Below are positions 1-10,539 of a DNA stretch of 64,000 bases, one piece after another. Source of the DNA: Octopus sinensis (taxonomy: Eukaryota); NCBI RefSeq assembly GCF_006345805.1, contig NC_043006.1:50654001-50718000 (forward strand), given 5' to 3'. The position numbers were made by a program, and so were the translations under genes. How positions within the stretch are numbered: position 1 is the first letter of the stretch; each line of letters opens with the position of its first letter. The notes under the pieces are model-generated. The model saw nothing but the letters and a program-made list of their open reading frames with translations. It searched no databases and was not told the origin of the DNA.

Positions 1-45
1 ATATATATATATTTATATATATTTATATATATATTTATATATATT

Positions 46-80
<35 letters not shown>

Positions 81-103
81 ATATTATATATTATATATAT
101 ATT

Positions 104-134
<31 letters not shown>

Positions 135-236
135 ATTATATATATATATATTTTTATATATATATATAATTATATTATATATTTTATTATTATATTTTAT
201 ATATATATATATATTATATATATATATATATTATAT

Positions 237-267
<31 letters not shown>

Positions 268-318
268 ATATATATAATATATATTTATATATATATATAT
301 TTTATATATATATATATT

Positions 319-353
<35 letters not shown>

Positions 354-466
354 ATATTTATATATATATAATATTTATATATCTATATATTTATATTATA
401 TATATATATTTATATATATATATATATTTATTAATATATATATAATTTATATTATATATATATATT

Positions 467-537
<71 letters not shown>

Positions 538-553
538 TATATATTTATATATA

Positions 554-604
<51 letters not shown>

Positions 605-630
605 ATTTATATATATATATATATATTTAT
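1..630. repeat. Degenerate (TA)n microsatellite
   Basis: Almost pure TA dinucleotide with interruptions. Confidence 0.97.
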
Positions 631-635
631 AATAA

Positions 636-1343
636 ATATTAGGGAATAAATCCAAAATTTACGGGGAAAAAATCAGATTTGGATTAAATCCAATTTTATA
701 GTAAAATATTATAAAATATTCCATTTCTCCGTTCATAATTTTAAGTGATGTCCGTTTTCTAGAGCGTGAATGTGGTTTGTATGTGTGTGTGTGGGAGTAT
801 GAATAAGTATTGTGTTGAAGTATTTAGCTATTTTATTTATTTATAGTTGCCTAGACGTTTTTATGTGTATGTATAGGGATATATATATAGGTGTGTGATT
901 TAGTGTATGTAGTTAGATATGGTTATATATAATTAGTTATATGTGTATGGGTGTATATATAGTTTATTATTATATTATTATTTTTTTTTGTTTTGTTTTA
1001 TATTTTATATTTTTATATTTTATATTTTATATTTAATTGTTGATAGGTTTATTTTAGTTTATATATTGTTTTATATATTGATTATATATGGATTATATAT
1101 AGGTTATATACGGATTATATATTTATATTTTTTCATTCATACTTTAATTATTTTAAAATTATTATTTTTATATTTTAAAATATTGATATTTTAGATTGGA
1201 AGTCCACCTGAAGATTGTCGATCAAGACAAGAAACAATTGTAGTGGCGGTTTTTTTGACTATTTATTAAAATTTTATGTATTGATTAAGTCTTTCCTTGT
1301 TTGTTTTGCAAAATAGTGGTTTTGTCTCTAATAATATTTTATA
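636..1343 (+). mobile_element. Penelope-like element terminal fragment (C-poor body with HHR; inverted terminal piece at 636-720)
   Basis: Contains the HHR at 1204-1246. 641-715 is homologous to 38169-38248, and that copy continues into sequence resembling the reverse complement of about 1290-1340. PLE assignment is inferred from the HHR plus inverted-end architecture. Confidence 0.55.
1204..1246 (+). ncRNA. Type I hammerhead ribozyme motif, canonical core
   Basis: CCAC-CTGAAGA-TTGTC(GATCAA)GACAA-GAAA-CAATTG-TA-GTGG. Helix I 4 bp, helix II 5 bp, palindromic helix III; predicted GUA cleavage after 1242. Confidence 0.85.
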
Positions 1344-1369
1344 TATATATTTATATATATATATATATA

Positions 1370-2150
1370 GTGCGTGACCTGGGCATTGACATGAGCAATG
1401 ATGCATCTTTCCAAATGCATATTGCTAATCTGGTGATAAAATGCAGACGGCTAGCTGGATGGATTCTCCGAACTTTCAGAACAAGAGAGAAGGAGACACT
1501 GATGGTCCTATGGAAAACATTTGTCCTCAGCCGCTTGGACTACTGCTCCCAACTTTGGTCACCACACTATATAAAACAAACAGCAGAACTCGAAGCAACT
1601 CAGAGAAGCTACACAAAGAAAAATCGTCTCAATGCAAAATGTCAGCTACTGGAAAGACTGAAGGTATTAAACCTCTTCTCCCTGGAGCGGAGGCGGGAGA
1701 GATATGCAGTGATATACATCTGGAAAATCCTGGAGGGTCTTGTCCCAAACTTTGGCATTCAAAGTTACTCCAACCGCAGAACGGGGCGCCGCTGCGTGGT
1801 GCCAAGGATTCCAACATCACCATCAAAATACAGGTCCAGATACTGCAACAGCTTGGGTTTCAGAGGTCCACAGCTCTTTAACATCCTCCCCTAAATGCCT
1901 GAGAGACTTACATGGTGTGGATGTGGGTTTCTTTAAAACTAAACTGGATCTCTTCTTGTTGGGAGTCCCAGATGAACCTACCTCACGACAGGAGACACGG
2001 ATGCGGGCAGCAGCATCGAACTCCCTTGTTGATCAAGTGCCACGTATCAGAGGTGGATTCACAAACTAGTGTAGCTCATTCAGCGGTGGTGCCCCAGCAT
2101 GGCCGCGGCCTTCGGGCTAAAACATTTTTAAGGATTAAGGATTTAAGGAT
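1370..2150 (+). mobile_element. 5'-truncated CR1/L2-type LINE: ORF2 C-terminus and 3' tail, frameshifted
   Basis: Translation gives DLGI..CRRLAGWILRTF..SRLDYCSQLWSP..LFSLERRRERY..GPQLFNILP, continuing after a frameshift as KCLRDL..VPDEPT. Short AGGATT-type tail; flanked by (TA)n. Confidence 0.9.
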
Positions 2151-2153
2151 ATA

Positions 2154-2222
<69 letters not shown>

Positions 2223-2231
2223 CATATATAT

Positions 2232-2307
<76 letters not shown>

Positions 2308-2315
2308 CAAATAAC

Positions 2316-2394
2316 AGTACTGGGCTTACAAAAGAATAAGTCCCGGGTGCTCCAGCATGGCCGCAGTCAAATGACTGAAACAAGTGAAAGAGTA
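2316..2394 (+). mobile_element. SINE family B 3' fragment (inverted duplicate of the adjacent copy)
   Basis: Reverse complement of 2417-2495 and shares the same internal deletion. Confidence 0.85.
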
Positions 2395-2416
2395 TATATA
2401 TATATATATACTCATT

Positions 2417-2794
2417 TACTCTTTTACTTGTTTCAGTCATTTGACTGCGGCCATGCTGGAGCACCCGGGACTTATTCTTTTGTAAGCCCAGTACTTTTTC
2501 TATCGGTCTCTTTTGCCGAACCGCTAAGTAACGGGGACGTAAACACACCAGCATCGGTTGTCAAGCAATACTAGGGGGACAAACACAGACACACAAACAT
2601 ACACGCACACACGCACATATATATACATATATACGACCGGCTTCTTTCAGTTTCCGTCTACCAAATCCACTCACAAGGTATTGGTCGGCCCGGGGCTATA
2701 GCAGAAGACACTTGTCCAAGGTGCCACGCAGTGGGACTGAACCCGGAACCATGTGGTTGGTTAGCAAGCTACTTACCACACAGCCACTCCTGCG

Positions 2795-2797
<3 letters not shown>
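2417..2797 (-). mobile_element. tRNA-derived SINE, family B (head AGGCGCAGGAGTGGCTGTGTGGTAAG)
   Basis: A-box/B-box-like head (GGTTCCGGGTTCAGTCCC); same family as 12655, 27140 and 61101. Confidence 0.9.
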
Positions 2798-2866
<69 letters not shown>

Positions 2867-2869
2867 TAT

Positions 2870-2923
<54 letters not shown>

Positions 2924-2956
2924 TTATATTTATTTATTATATATATATATATATAT

Positions 2957-2988
<32 letters not shown>

Positions 2989-3216
2989 TTATTTTAAATA
3001 TATATAATAAATCTCTAAACGAGATATAAATAGTAACTGCTCTATAACATAAGGGGCATCAGCCATCTGAATGTGGCTAGGGACAGGGCAGGGCGGTGGG
3101 GGTGTTACTGATACATTTAGCCCCAGGCGATCATCAACGTCACCAGGAGGGCTGACACCATCTCGGTGTCCTCTAGCCTGCAAAGGGAGATCATTCCCCG
3201 AAGAAGCGGATGCTAC

Positions 3217-3258
3217 ATACGGACCAGATTTCAAGGTATTTGCCTATTATCAACGCAT
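3217..3258 (-). ncRNA. Hammerhead motif, U3-A8 variant (left arm)
   Basis: ATGCG-TTGATAA-TAGG(CAAATA)CCTT-GAAA-TCTGG-TC-CGTAT on the minus strand. Confidence 0.6.
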
Positions 3259-3390
3259 GGTAAGCACCCTCGTTTAGAGATTTATTATTGCTTTCGAACG
3301 GTTTTTCTACATCAGTAAATGTGTTTACTGTGAAAATCCTTAAATATATAGCCTGTACAGAGAGTTATTCGTCGGAGAGCGGTGCTTACC

Positions 3391-3432
3391 ATGCGTTGAT
3401 AATAGGAAAATACCTTGAAACCTGGTCCGTAT
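3391..3432 (+). ncRNA. Hammerhead motif, U3-A8 variant (right arm)
   Basis: ATGCG-TTGATAA-TAGG(AAAATA)CCTT-GAAA-CCTGG-TC-CGTAT. Helix I 5 bp; U/U mismatch at the base of helix II; predicted cleavage after 3427. Confidence 0.65.
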
Positions 3433-3687
3433 GTAGCATCCGCTTCTTCGGGGAATGATCTCCCTTTGCAGGCTAGAGGACACCGAGGTGGTGTCAGCCC
3501 TCCTGGTGACGTTGATGATCGCCTGGGGCTAAATGCATCAGTAACACCCCCACCGCCCTGCCCTGTCCCTAGCCACATTCAGATGGCTGATGCCCCTTAT
3601 GGTATATATATATATATTTATATATTTATGTATACATACACACACACACATATATATATATACTATATATATATATATATATATACA

Positions 3688-4121
3688 CAGTGGGGGAAAT
3701 AAATATTTGTACATGTCACAATTCTTTATTTAATTTCTAATGAAAATATATGGGATATACCAATACTTAAATTATAGTAACTAATGAATTTATATACAAT
3801 TATAAATATCTAAGGGTGAAAAAAGTATTCGTATAGAATAAATTTATGATTTTCTATGCCACAAAATACTGTTAAAATAATTGCTTTTAAATAGAACTTT
3901 CTCGTTTGTTCTAATAATTTTATCGGTTGTCATTTGTAAGTCTCAAAACGCTAGCTTCTTCATTCAGCACTGAGACAACATAAAGTAGTATCGTAATAAT
4001 GGCGAAAAGTAAAGAACTCACAAATTCAGTGAAAAACTTAATTATTGAACAGTGGAAAGCAGGTAAAAGTTACAGGAAAATACCAGAGACCCTTTGTATT
4101 CCATTTTCTACCATATATTAA
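3688..4121 (+). mobile_element. Tc1-family DNA transposon 5' fragment
   Basis: TIR-like start CAGTGGGGGAAATAAATATTTG next to TA. ORF 3999-4121 MAKSKELTNSVKNLIIEQWKAGKSYRKIPETLCIPFST resembles the Tc1 N-terminal HTH and is truncated. Confidence 0.8.
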
Positions 4122-4621
4122 CTGCGTGATCTCGGTATAGCTGGAAAACTTGGAGAGCACCCATGGAAAAAGCATAAGCATGAGTCATGTGTCCACATAA
4201 ATACCCCAGTTATATCTAAATGTAAAATCCTTTAGCAAGCCTCATCACACGTGTGACCGGTCACGAACCACAACTCTGAGTGGTTACCATTCCCGAAGTG
4301 AATGGTAATAAATTTACTTCCAATTTTTCAGCACGACGTGTATTCATAGTGAATGTATGTTGTAATGTGGTGACTGACGATTTAAAGTCTATTCTCAGCA
4401 TACTGGCACAAAACTCTTTTTCTTTTGCCCATGTTTATAATCATACATATATACACACACACACATATATATATATATATGTAATGTATGTATGTATATA
4501 TGTAAATATATAACAATTTAACATTAAGCTGAAGGATTACTCAATATACATTACCAGAGTACGTATTTATTAACTTCTACGAGGAAAGATTTACATTGAC
4601 TTCGAAGTTTATATATATATA

Positions 4622-5530
4622 CTAGATTCTCAACGTAACCTTATGAGAACACATAGCCAATATTTTATAATATTATGGAAGAGAAATTGATATAATTTAT
4701 TAAATTTATATCAATTTCATTATTATTGTCTTCCATAATATTTTTAAATTTTTGACTTGGTGGTCCTATAACGTTACGTCAAAAATCTACTATTTAGCAA
4801 AAGCTTTCGTCCACCTGCGGACGTACCCTAAATTCTGCATTATATATATATCAGAATTTAAAAGGGATTAAAAACTCCATGCAAATATCAATAAAGCACT
4901 CAGAGATATTTTGTTAGCCGTTTTGAATTTAACCAATTTTGGATTGCCTAGATAACGCTGTGTTAACATAAATTTTCGGATATATTAACTTGGCCGATAT
5001 TCTTTGTATCTAAATATGGCGGTGCAACGGAAAGATTCGTCAATTTTGTATGATGTAATCACCAATTAAAGATGTGATTTTATTTTCTCCATAATTATTT
5101 TTCGTGTTATATATATGTACGAGCAAAACGCTCCCCGTTCAATGGACAGTGCTGAATTGTCAAACATTTAAACCAAATTTTCTCAAAACAACTTGTCCGA
5201 CCGTCCCATAGGCCTCCCCTTTGAGAAACACTGATTTAACCTAAATTTGAGACACCAAACAGGCCGGCTTTTTTTTGCTCAAACTGCACGTTCATTTTTC
5301 TCGCGTACGCGTAGTATCGATCGCAACATCTGATGTACTTACGCGTACAAATGCACGTTCCCACGGCTTTATCGATCGCATTCTCACCTGGAATCTATTT
5401 TTGTAATTTTATCAGGACTTATACACGCCCTGATACCGTCGGTATCTACGTATCATCGGATGGAGGATGCCCGAGATCCTAGAAGACACACACACAGACA
5501 GACAGACAGAACGGATTTTATATAATAGAT
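4622..5530 (+). mobile_element. Possible non-autonomous Helitron/Helentron-like element
   Basis: Starts near ACTAG, has a short hairpin CGTCC-acctgc-GGACG, and ends with (CAGA)n plus TTTTATATAATAGAT. Architecture resemblance only. Confidence 0.3.
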
Positions 5531-5547
5531 AAAGCAATAGTTCAAGT

Positions 5548-5730
5548 TTCAATGTCCACGGCGTTTCAATGTCCTGCCATGTTGAGCACTAAAAAGACGA
5601 TGTAGATGTGGATGCTTACAAAAAGGAATTGGACACACCATTGTCCCCGATACCAGATGAGCCAACGTGATGGCAGGAAGTACAGACTAGGTCAGTAATG
5701 TCAAACTTCGCCATACTTCAAATGAGCCAA
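5548..5730 (+). mobile_element. Decayed CR1/L2-type LINE 3' end
   Basis: CPRRFNVLP..DVDAYKKELDTPLSPIPDEPT aligns by eye with the C-terminus of the 1370-2150 element. Confidence 0.7.
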
Positions 5731-6130
5731 CAGTTAGGAAAAAGCGCAAACAAGGACGGTGATAATCCTTTTGACCCAGAAGAATACATCCACAGAAGAG
5801 GTCAATGAAAAGAGTATAAATTCGCAGCGCTGCAGCAGCATAACCGCAGCCGCATAACTAAAACGTATACACAAATACGTGTGTACGTGTGCGTGTGTGT
5901 ATTTCTGCATGTGTGCGTGCGTGTATATGTGTCTGTACGCTAACATGCGCGCGCACGCGACTATGCGTATAGTACAAATTAAATTGTGCGAAAAATATCC
6001 AATATTTGCAGCTATTTGTGTATTTCCATTCCTATTATTTTCCTCTTATCATTCACTATTGATCTCAGTTGGGTATATCACAGATCGGATATACATACAT
6101 ACATACATACATACATACATACTACATACA

Positions 6131-6209
<79 letters not shown>

Positions 6210-6217
6210 CATACATA

Positions 6218-7424
6218 CCGGCAAATCTTCGGTCCTTACTACATTGTAAATTTATACTGAGTGCCAACGTATAAGTGGATGTTTCACATTGCGTTTGTCA
6301 CAGATGAAAAATTGCCCCTGTTGGAGTCATTTTCATACCTAATCATTATATTTTGTTGTAAGGCTTTCTGAATGCGAGAGGATCACCAAAAATGGCTCCG
6401 CAAAAGTATTCGGCTACCTCACGTAAATCATTCAAGATACAGTGTTTTAAAACAGAAAAGTGTCTATATATGAACATTTATTACATAATATTCATTTCAA
6501 GAATCTCCTGTACATTGTTAATATTTCGTGTGGCTTCCATTAGCTTGAATAATTGCTTCAATGCGCCTAAACTCTTACCCCCAAACTTCACTGTTTTCGC
6601 CGAGTAACGTGGGTCGTATTGCTTTCCTGGAGGCCTTCTGAAAAATTGTCGCTTATCAGAAAGCGAAACGACCCACGTTACACGACGAAAACAGTGAAGT
6701 TTGGGGGTAAGTGCCTGATGCTTTGGGGATACATAAAAACTGATGGTCTAAGAAAGTTGGTAACCTGAATAGTACGAAATAGCTCTAGCTGCTGAAGGAT
6801 AATATGATACCAGACTTGGATAAAGGTGATATTTTACATGATTGAGCTCCATGCTACAGATCGCGTGCAACACAACAGAATCTGGCTGATGAAGTTGTTA
6901 CCGTATTGAAAGATTGGCCAGCTCGGAGCCCTGACTTAAATAGCATCGAGCAAATGTGGACAGAACTAAAGAGAAGAGTTCGTCAGAAGAATCCACACAA
7001 TTTTGAAGAATCGTGGGAACTCAACCAAATTGAATGGCATCTCGTACCGGTGAAGATGGTAAAAGATTTGTATGCATCTCTTTCCAGGAGCATTGAAGCA
7101 ATTATTCAAGCTAAGGGAAATCACACGAAATATTAACAATGTACAGTATCTTCTTGAAATGAACATTATGTTTATGAATTTTCATAATAGACATTTTTCT
7201 GTTTTAAAACAGTATTTTGTTTGGTTTATGTGAGGTGGCCGAAAACTTTTGCGCAGCCATTTTTGGTGGTCCTCTTACATCTTCCCCTCTCATTCAGAAC
7301 TCCTACTACAAAATATAATGACTCGGTATGTTTCATCTGTAAAAAACGCAAAGCAAAACATCCACTTATACGTTGGCAATTAGAAATTTGCAACAGTTTA
7401 AAGTGGCCGAAGAATTTTGGTCGT
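6218..7424. mobile_element. Fold-back Tc1 derivative: two 3' halves in opposite orientation
   Basis: About 6218-6650 is the diverged reverse complement of parts of 6660-7424, including coding sequence (RIEAIIQANGSHTKY*). Inner and outer GCCGAA...TTTTG motifs suggest an IR-DR end. Confidence 0.8.
6664..7136 (+). pseudogene. Tc1 (DD34E-type) transposase catalytic C-terminal remnant
   Basis: DPRYTTKTVKFGG..LMLWG and DWPARSPDLNSIEQMWTELKRRV..IQAKGNHTKY*, with stops and frameshifts. Confidence 0.9.
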
Positions 7425-7438
7425 TAATAATAATAATA

Positions 7439-7474
<36 letters not shown>

Positions 7475-7534
7475 ACATATATATATAATATATATATATA
7501 TATAATATATATATATATATTATATATATATATA

Positions 7535-7714
7535 CAGATTGGCCAAAAATCACCTGACAGTAAATAATAGAAGCATCTAATATGAAATATCATGAAAATT
7601 GTTCAAACCGAAATCCTTCTTGAAAGACACATTTTGCCATTCGCGTCATTACAGAATTACAGATAGTAATTATGGAATGTTGATATACTGTCGGGTAACT
7701 TTTGGCCAACCCTG
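7535..7714. mobile_element. Tc1/mariner-type MITE (180 bp)
   Basis: Imperfect ~28-bp TIRs CAGATTGGCCAAAAATCACCTGACAGTA / TACTGTCGGGTAACTTTTGGCCAACCCTG; TA on both sides. Confidence 0.85.
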
Positions 7715-8172
7715 TATATATATATGCACAATATAACGAGAGGTGGTTTATAAGATATTTTTTAACACTGTCTTATGTGTGTTTCGTTACCAAAAATAAA
7801 TATCAATGTGATTTACATAATCAAAATATACTTCCAAATATTCAGAGAGGTGTAATGTTTATAAGTAACTTTTCTGCAACAGTGACAGATTTCCTTTTGT
7901 GAAAATTGTGACCAACTGTTTTGAATAAGATAATGCATATTTGGTGTTGCGTAGACGGAAGTTGCGTCAACAAAAGAAAGAAAAGCGGGGGAGAAAGGAA
8001 ATGAAACGTTGCTGGAGAGCCACCAATTTTTGCCAAATCGAACGCACACTCATGCACGCACAAAATAACAGGTGTATAGAAACTGTCGCTATACGTATTT
8101 ATATATACATGCTTATATGTGTGTGCGCGTGCGAATATATCGTGTATCTTATATCTATCTATGTATCTGTCT

Positions 8173-8426
8173 ATATTGTTATATTTCGGGATGGTCTCTC
8201 TTTTTGTCTTTTTTTTTTTGCTAAATAAACACACGCACTATATATTCGTTTTTTATTAATTTATATTTTTCTTATTTCGTGTCCATTATCTGGAAATCTT
8301 TCGTCACACACCTCTTCAGCAACTTTCCAGCTCATGTGTCTCTTGTTCTCAGAATATATAGTGCGTGTGTTCATTTGGCAAAAACAAACAAAAAATATCC
8401 CAGACCATCCTGAAATATAACAATAT
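8173..8426. repeat. Inverted repeat (arms 8173-8247 and 8352-8426) enclosing an HHR-like motif
   Basis: Arms of about 75 bp are diverged reverse complements. Confidence 0.8.
8290..8322 (-). ncRNA. Hammerhead-like motif, canonical core, weak helices
   Basis: TTG-CTGAAGA-G-GT(GTGTG)AC-GAAA-GATT-TC-CAG. Helix II is only 2 bp and there are G-U wobbles. Confidence 0.4.
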
Positions 8427-8492
8427 CTGTTCCAATACACGATTTCACATCAGGAATCTTGCGAAGGAAATACATAAGCATATGTATATAAT

Positions 8493-8535
<43 letters not shown>

Positions 8536-8558
8536 ATATATATATATATAATTATATG

Positions 8559-8607
<49 letters not shown>

Positions 8608-8772
8608 GTATGTTGTATTATGTATGTATGTATGTATGTATGTATATATGTATGTATATAAATATATATAAAATTTATATAAATAAGGATAAGAACGATG
8701 TTTACATACCGATCTTATCAGGTGGCCAGCATAGGAATAAAAATCTTTCAAAGGTAATAATGATTTAAAATG

Positions 8773-8934
8773 ATAACTTGGGATATCTAAGAGATACCAC
8801 CCCGCTGGAAATTGTAGTCAAAACTTGACTCTAAAACCACTTGACTCTAAATTTGACTCTAAAAATGTGGTTTTAGAGTCAAGTTTTGACTGCTATTTCC
8901 AGCGGGGTGGTATCTCTTAGATACCCTAAATTAT
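8773..8934. repeat. Hairpin with ~65-bp arms and tandem TTGACTCTAAA units at the apex
   Basis: 8773-8840 is the reverse complement of 8867-8934 with few mismatches. Confidence 0.9.
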
Positions 8935-9017
8935 AATTTATATATAATATATATAATATATATATATATATATATACGTATGCACATATATACATACGTA
9001 GGCGTATAAATCATTTC

Positions 9018-9225
9018 TTTTTTACATGTTTCAGTCATTTGACTGCGGCCATGCTAGAGCACCGCCTTGAAGGGTTTTAGTCGAACAAATCGACGCCAGG
9101 ATTTATTCATATTAAGCCAATTACTTATTCTATCGGGGTATTTGGCCGAAACGCTAAATTACGGAGACGTAAATACGGCAACATCAGTTGTCAAGCAGTA
9201 GTGGGGGACAAACACTGACACAAAA
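9018..9225 (-). mobile_element. SINE family B, 3' half
   Basis: Contains TTTCAGTCATTTGACTGCGGCCATGCT, the family B tail. Confidence 0.85.
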
Positions 9226-9379
9226 ACACAAACATATATATTATCTCTCTCTACGCACGCACAAACACACTTGTCATCCTTGCACACACACACACACATA
9301 CGCACCCACACACTTTCCTTTTTTTGAAACTCTCTTGTTTTTAAAAATCATGAATCGTCTACCTCTCAGCTTCTGTTCT

Positions 9380-9596
9380 TTCAACATGTGATCTCTTGAG
9401 CACCACCAGCAAAAATTTTTTTTCCTCTGTCTTCCCTTCTTGGGATCTTTCCTTCTCCTTGTTTCCGACGAAGAGCTCCGCTCGAAACGTTAAACCCTCC
9501 TTCCCTTCTTTCCTGAGCGTCAAATAATACTTTAATTGTTCACGTCCTCGCGTTGCTGTGTTTTTTTTCTGTTGTTTTCTTGTTTGGATTAACTAT

Positions 9597-9597
<1 letters not shown>
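9380..9597 (+). mobile_element. PLE-terminal-like repeat family P1 (other copies at 23040-23253 and a 3' part at 56730-56824)
   Basis: Shared GAAGAGCTCCGCTCGAAACGTTAAAC..CCTGAGCGTC.AATAAT..CGTCCTCGCG..GTTTGGATTAAC. Confidence 0.7.
9461..9495 (+). ncRNA. Minimal hammerhead motif, U4C variant with extra A after A9
   Basis: GTTT-CCGACGA-A-GAGC(TCC)GCTC-GAAA-CG-TT-AAAC. Confidence 0.55.
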
Positions 9598-9643
<46 letters not shown>

Positions 9644-9696
9644 AAAAAAGTTTGAAAACGCTACTATATAAGATAAATTTTAATTTTCTTAGAAAT

Positions 9697-9742
9697 TTTT
9701 ACATGTTTCGGTTCTTCTTGAAAAAACGTACCTTATCAAAAA
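9697..9742 (-). ncRNA. Hammerhead motif, U3-A8 variant
   Basis: TTT-TTGATAA-GGT(ACGTTTTTTCAAGAAGA)ACC-GAAA-CATG-TA-AAA on the minus strand; palindromic ACATGT helix III; weak A-U helix I. Confidence 0.55.
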
Positions 9743-9764
9743 TATTTTAAAAAGTTACATAGGA

Positions 9765-10089
9765 ACACTCCGTCGGTTACGACGACGACGAGGGCCCCAG
9801 CTGATACGATCAACGGAACAGCCTGCTCGTGAAATTAACGCGCAAATGATTGAGCACTCCACAGACACGCGTACCCCTAACGTAGTTCTCAGGGAGATTC
9901 AGCGTGACACAGAGTGTGACAAGGCCGGCCCTTTGAAATACAGGTACAACTCATTTTTGCCAGCTGAGTGGACTGGAGCAACGTGAAATAAAGTGTCTTG
10001 CTCGAGGACACAACGCGTCGCCGGGAATCGAACTCACGACCTTACAATCGTGAGTCGAATGCCCTAACCACTAAGCCACGCGCCTTCAC
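9765..10089 (-). mobile_element. tRNA-derived SINE with a D-type head and a C-type tail
   Basis: Head GTGAAGGCGCGTGGCTTAGTGGTTAGGG..GAGTTCGATTCCC; tail ..GTCGTAACCGACGGAGTG. Confidence 0.85.
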
Positions 10090-10539
10090 ATACATTATAT
10101 ATATGTTTTTATATAAGGCATACTACGCATATGAATTCGTACATGTACGTATATTCATTAATGGGTATGTTTTATGTGTGTTTCTATGTATGTGTGTTCT
10201 TTCTTTTACTGCCTTTTAGTCTGAACTGCAGCCAGTTTTTGGCACCGCTTTCTTTTTATTTTTTATTCTTTTTATTTATTTTTTTCATTTGGCGTTGGGG
10301 TGGGGCTTCAGTTTTATTGAATTCATATTGATGCAAGTCGATCAATAATTGAATTTGTTGCTGCTGATCATCTGATATTCCTTGTTTTTGGTTTTGCAGT
10401 CTAGATGCATTTGATTTCTTCAGATAAGCAGTTGAACACTTAAAGACCAAGATTGGTAAGATGTGCTTGTCCTAGACTGATATGTTGATACATATGGAAG
10501 CTAGCACTACCTACCATTTTTTTTTGTTCGTTAAAGTAT

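Larger units (their letters stand above)
3004..3601. repeat. Long inverted duplication (arms 3048-3268 and 3381-3601) with a nested 20-bp inverted repeat (3004-3023 / 3269-3288); PLE-like
   Basis: Arms of about 220 bp are near-identical reverse complements; each carries an HHR motif. Confidence 0.9.

Noticed and set aside
1441-1881. 146-aa ORF overlapping the LINE ORF
   Set aside because: It is an alternative frame of the CR1/L2 remnant, kept open partly by compensating frameshifts.
3071-3578. Paired near-identical ORFs MWLGTGQGG..
   Set aside because: They follow from the inverted duplication; no recognisable domain or splice context.
7955-7968. ETS-like CGGAAGT with a CRE-like half site (also CCGGAAGTG at 29918-29926)
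   Set aside because: Short motifs expected by chance; no linked gene start.
10400-10455. 56-bp segment with strong acceptor and donor sites
   Set aside because: Stops in all three frames; at most a non-coding or pseudo-exon, with no supporting evidence.
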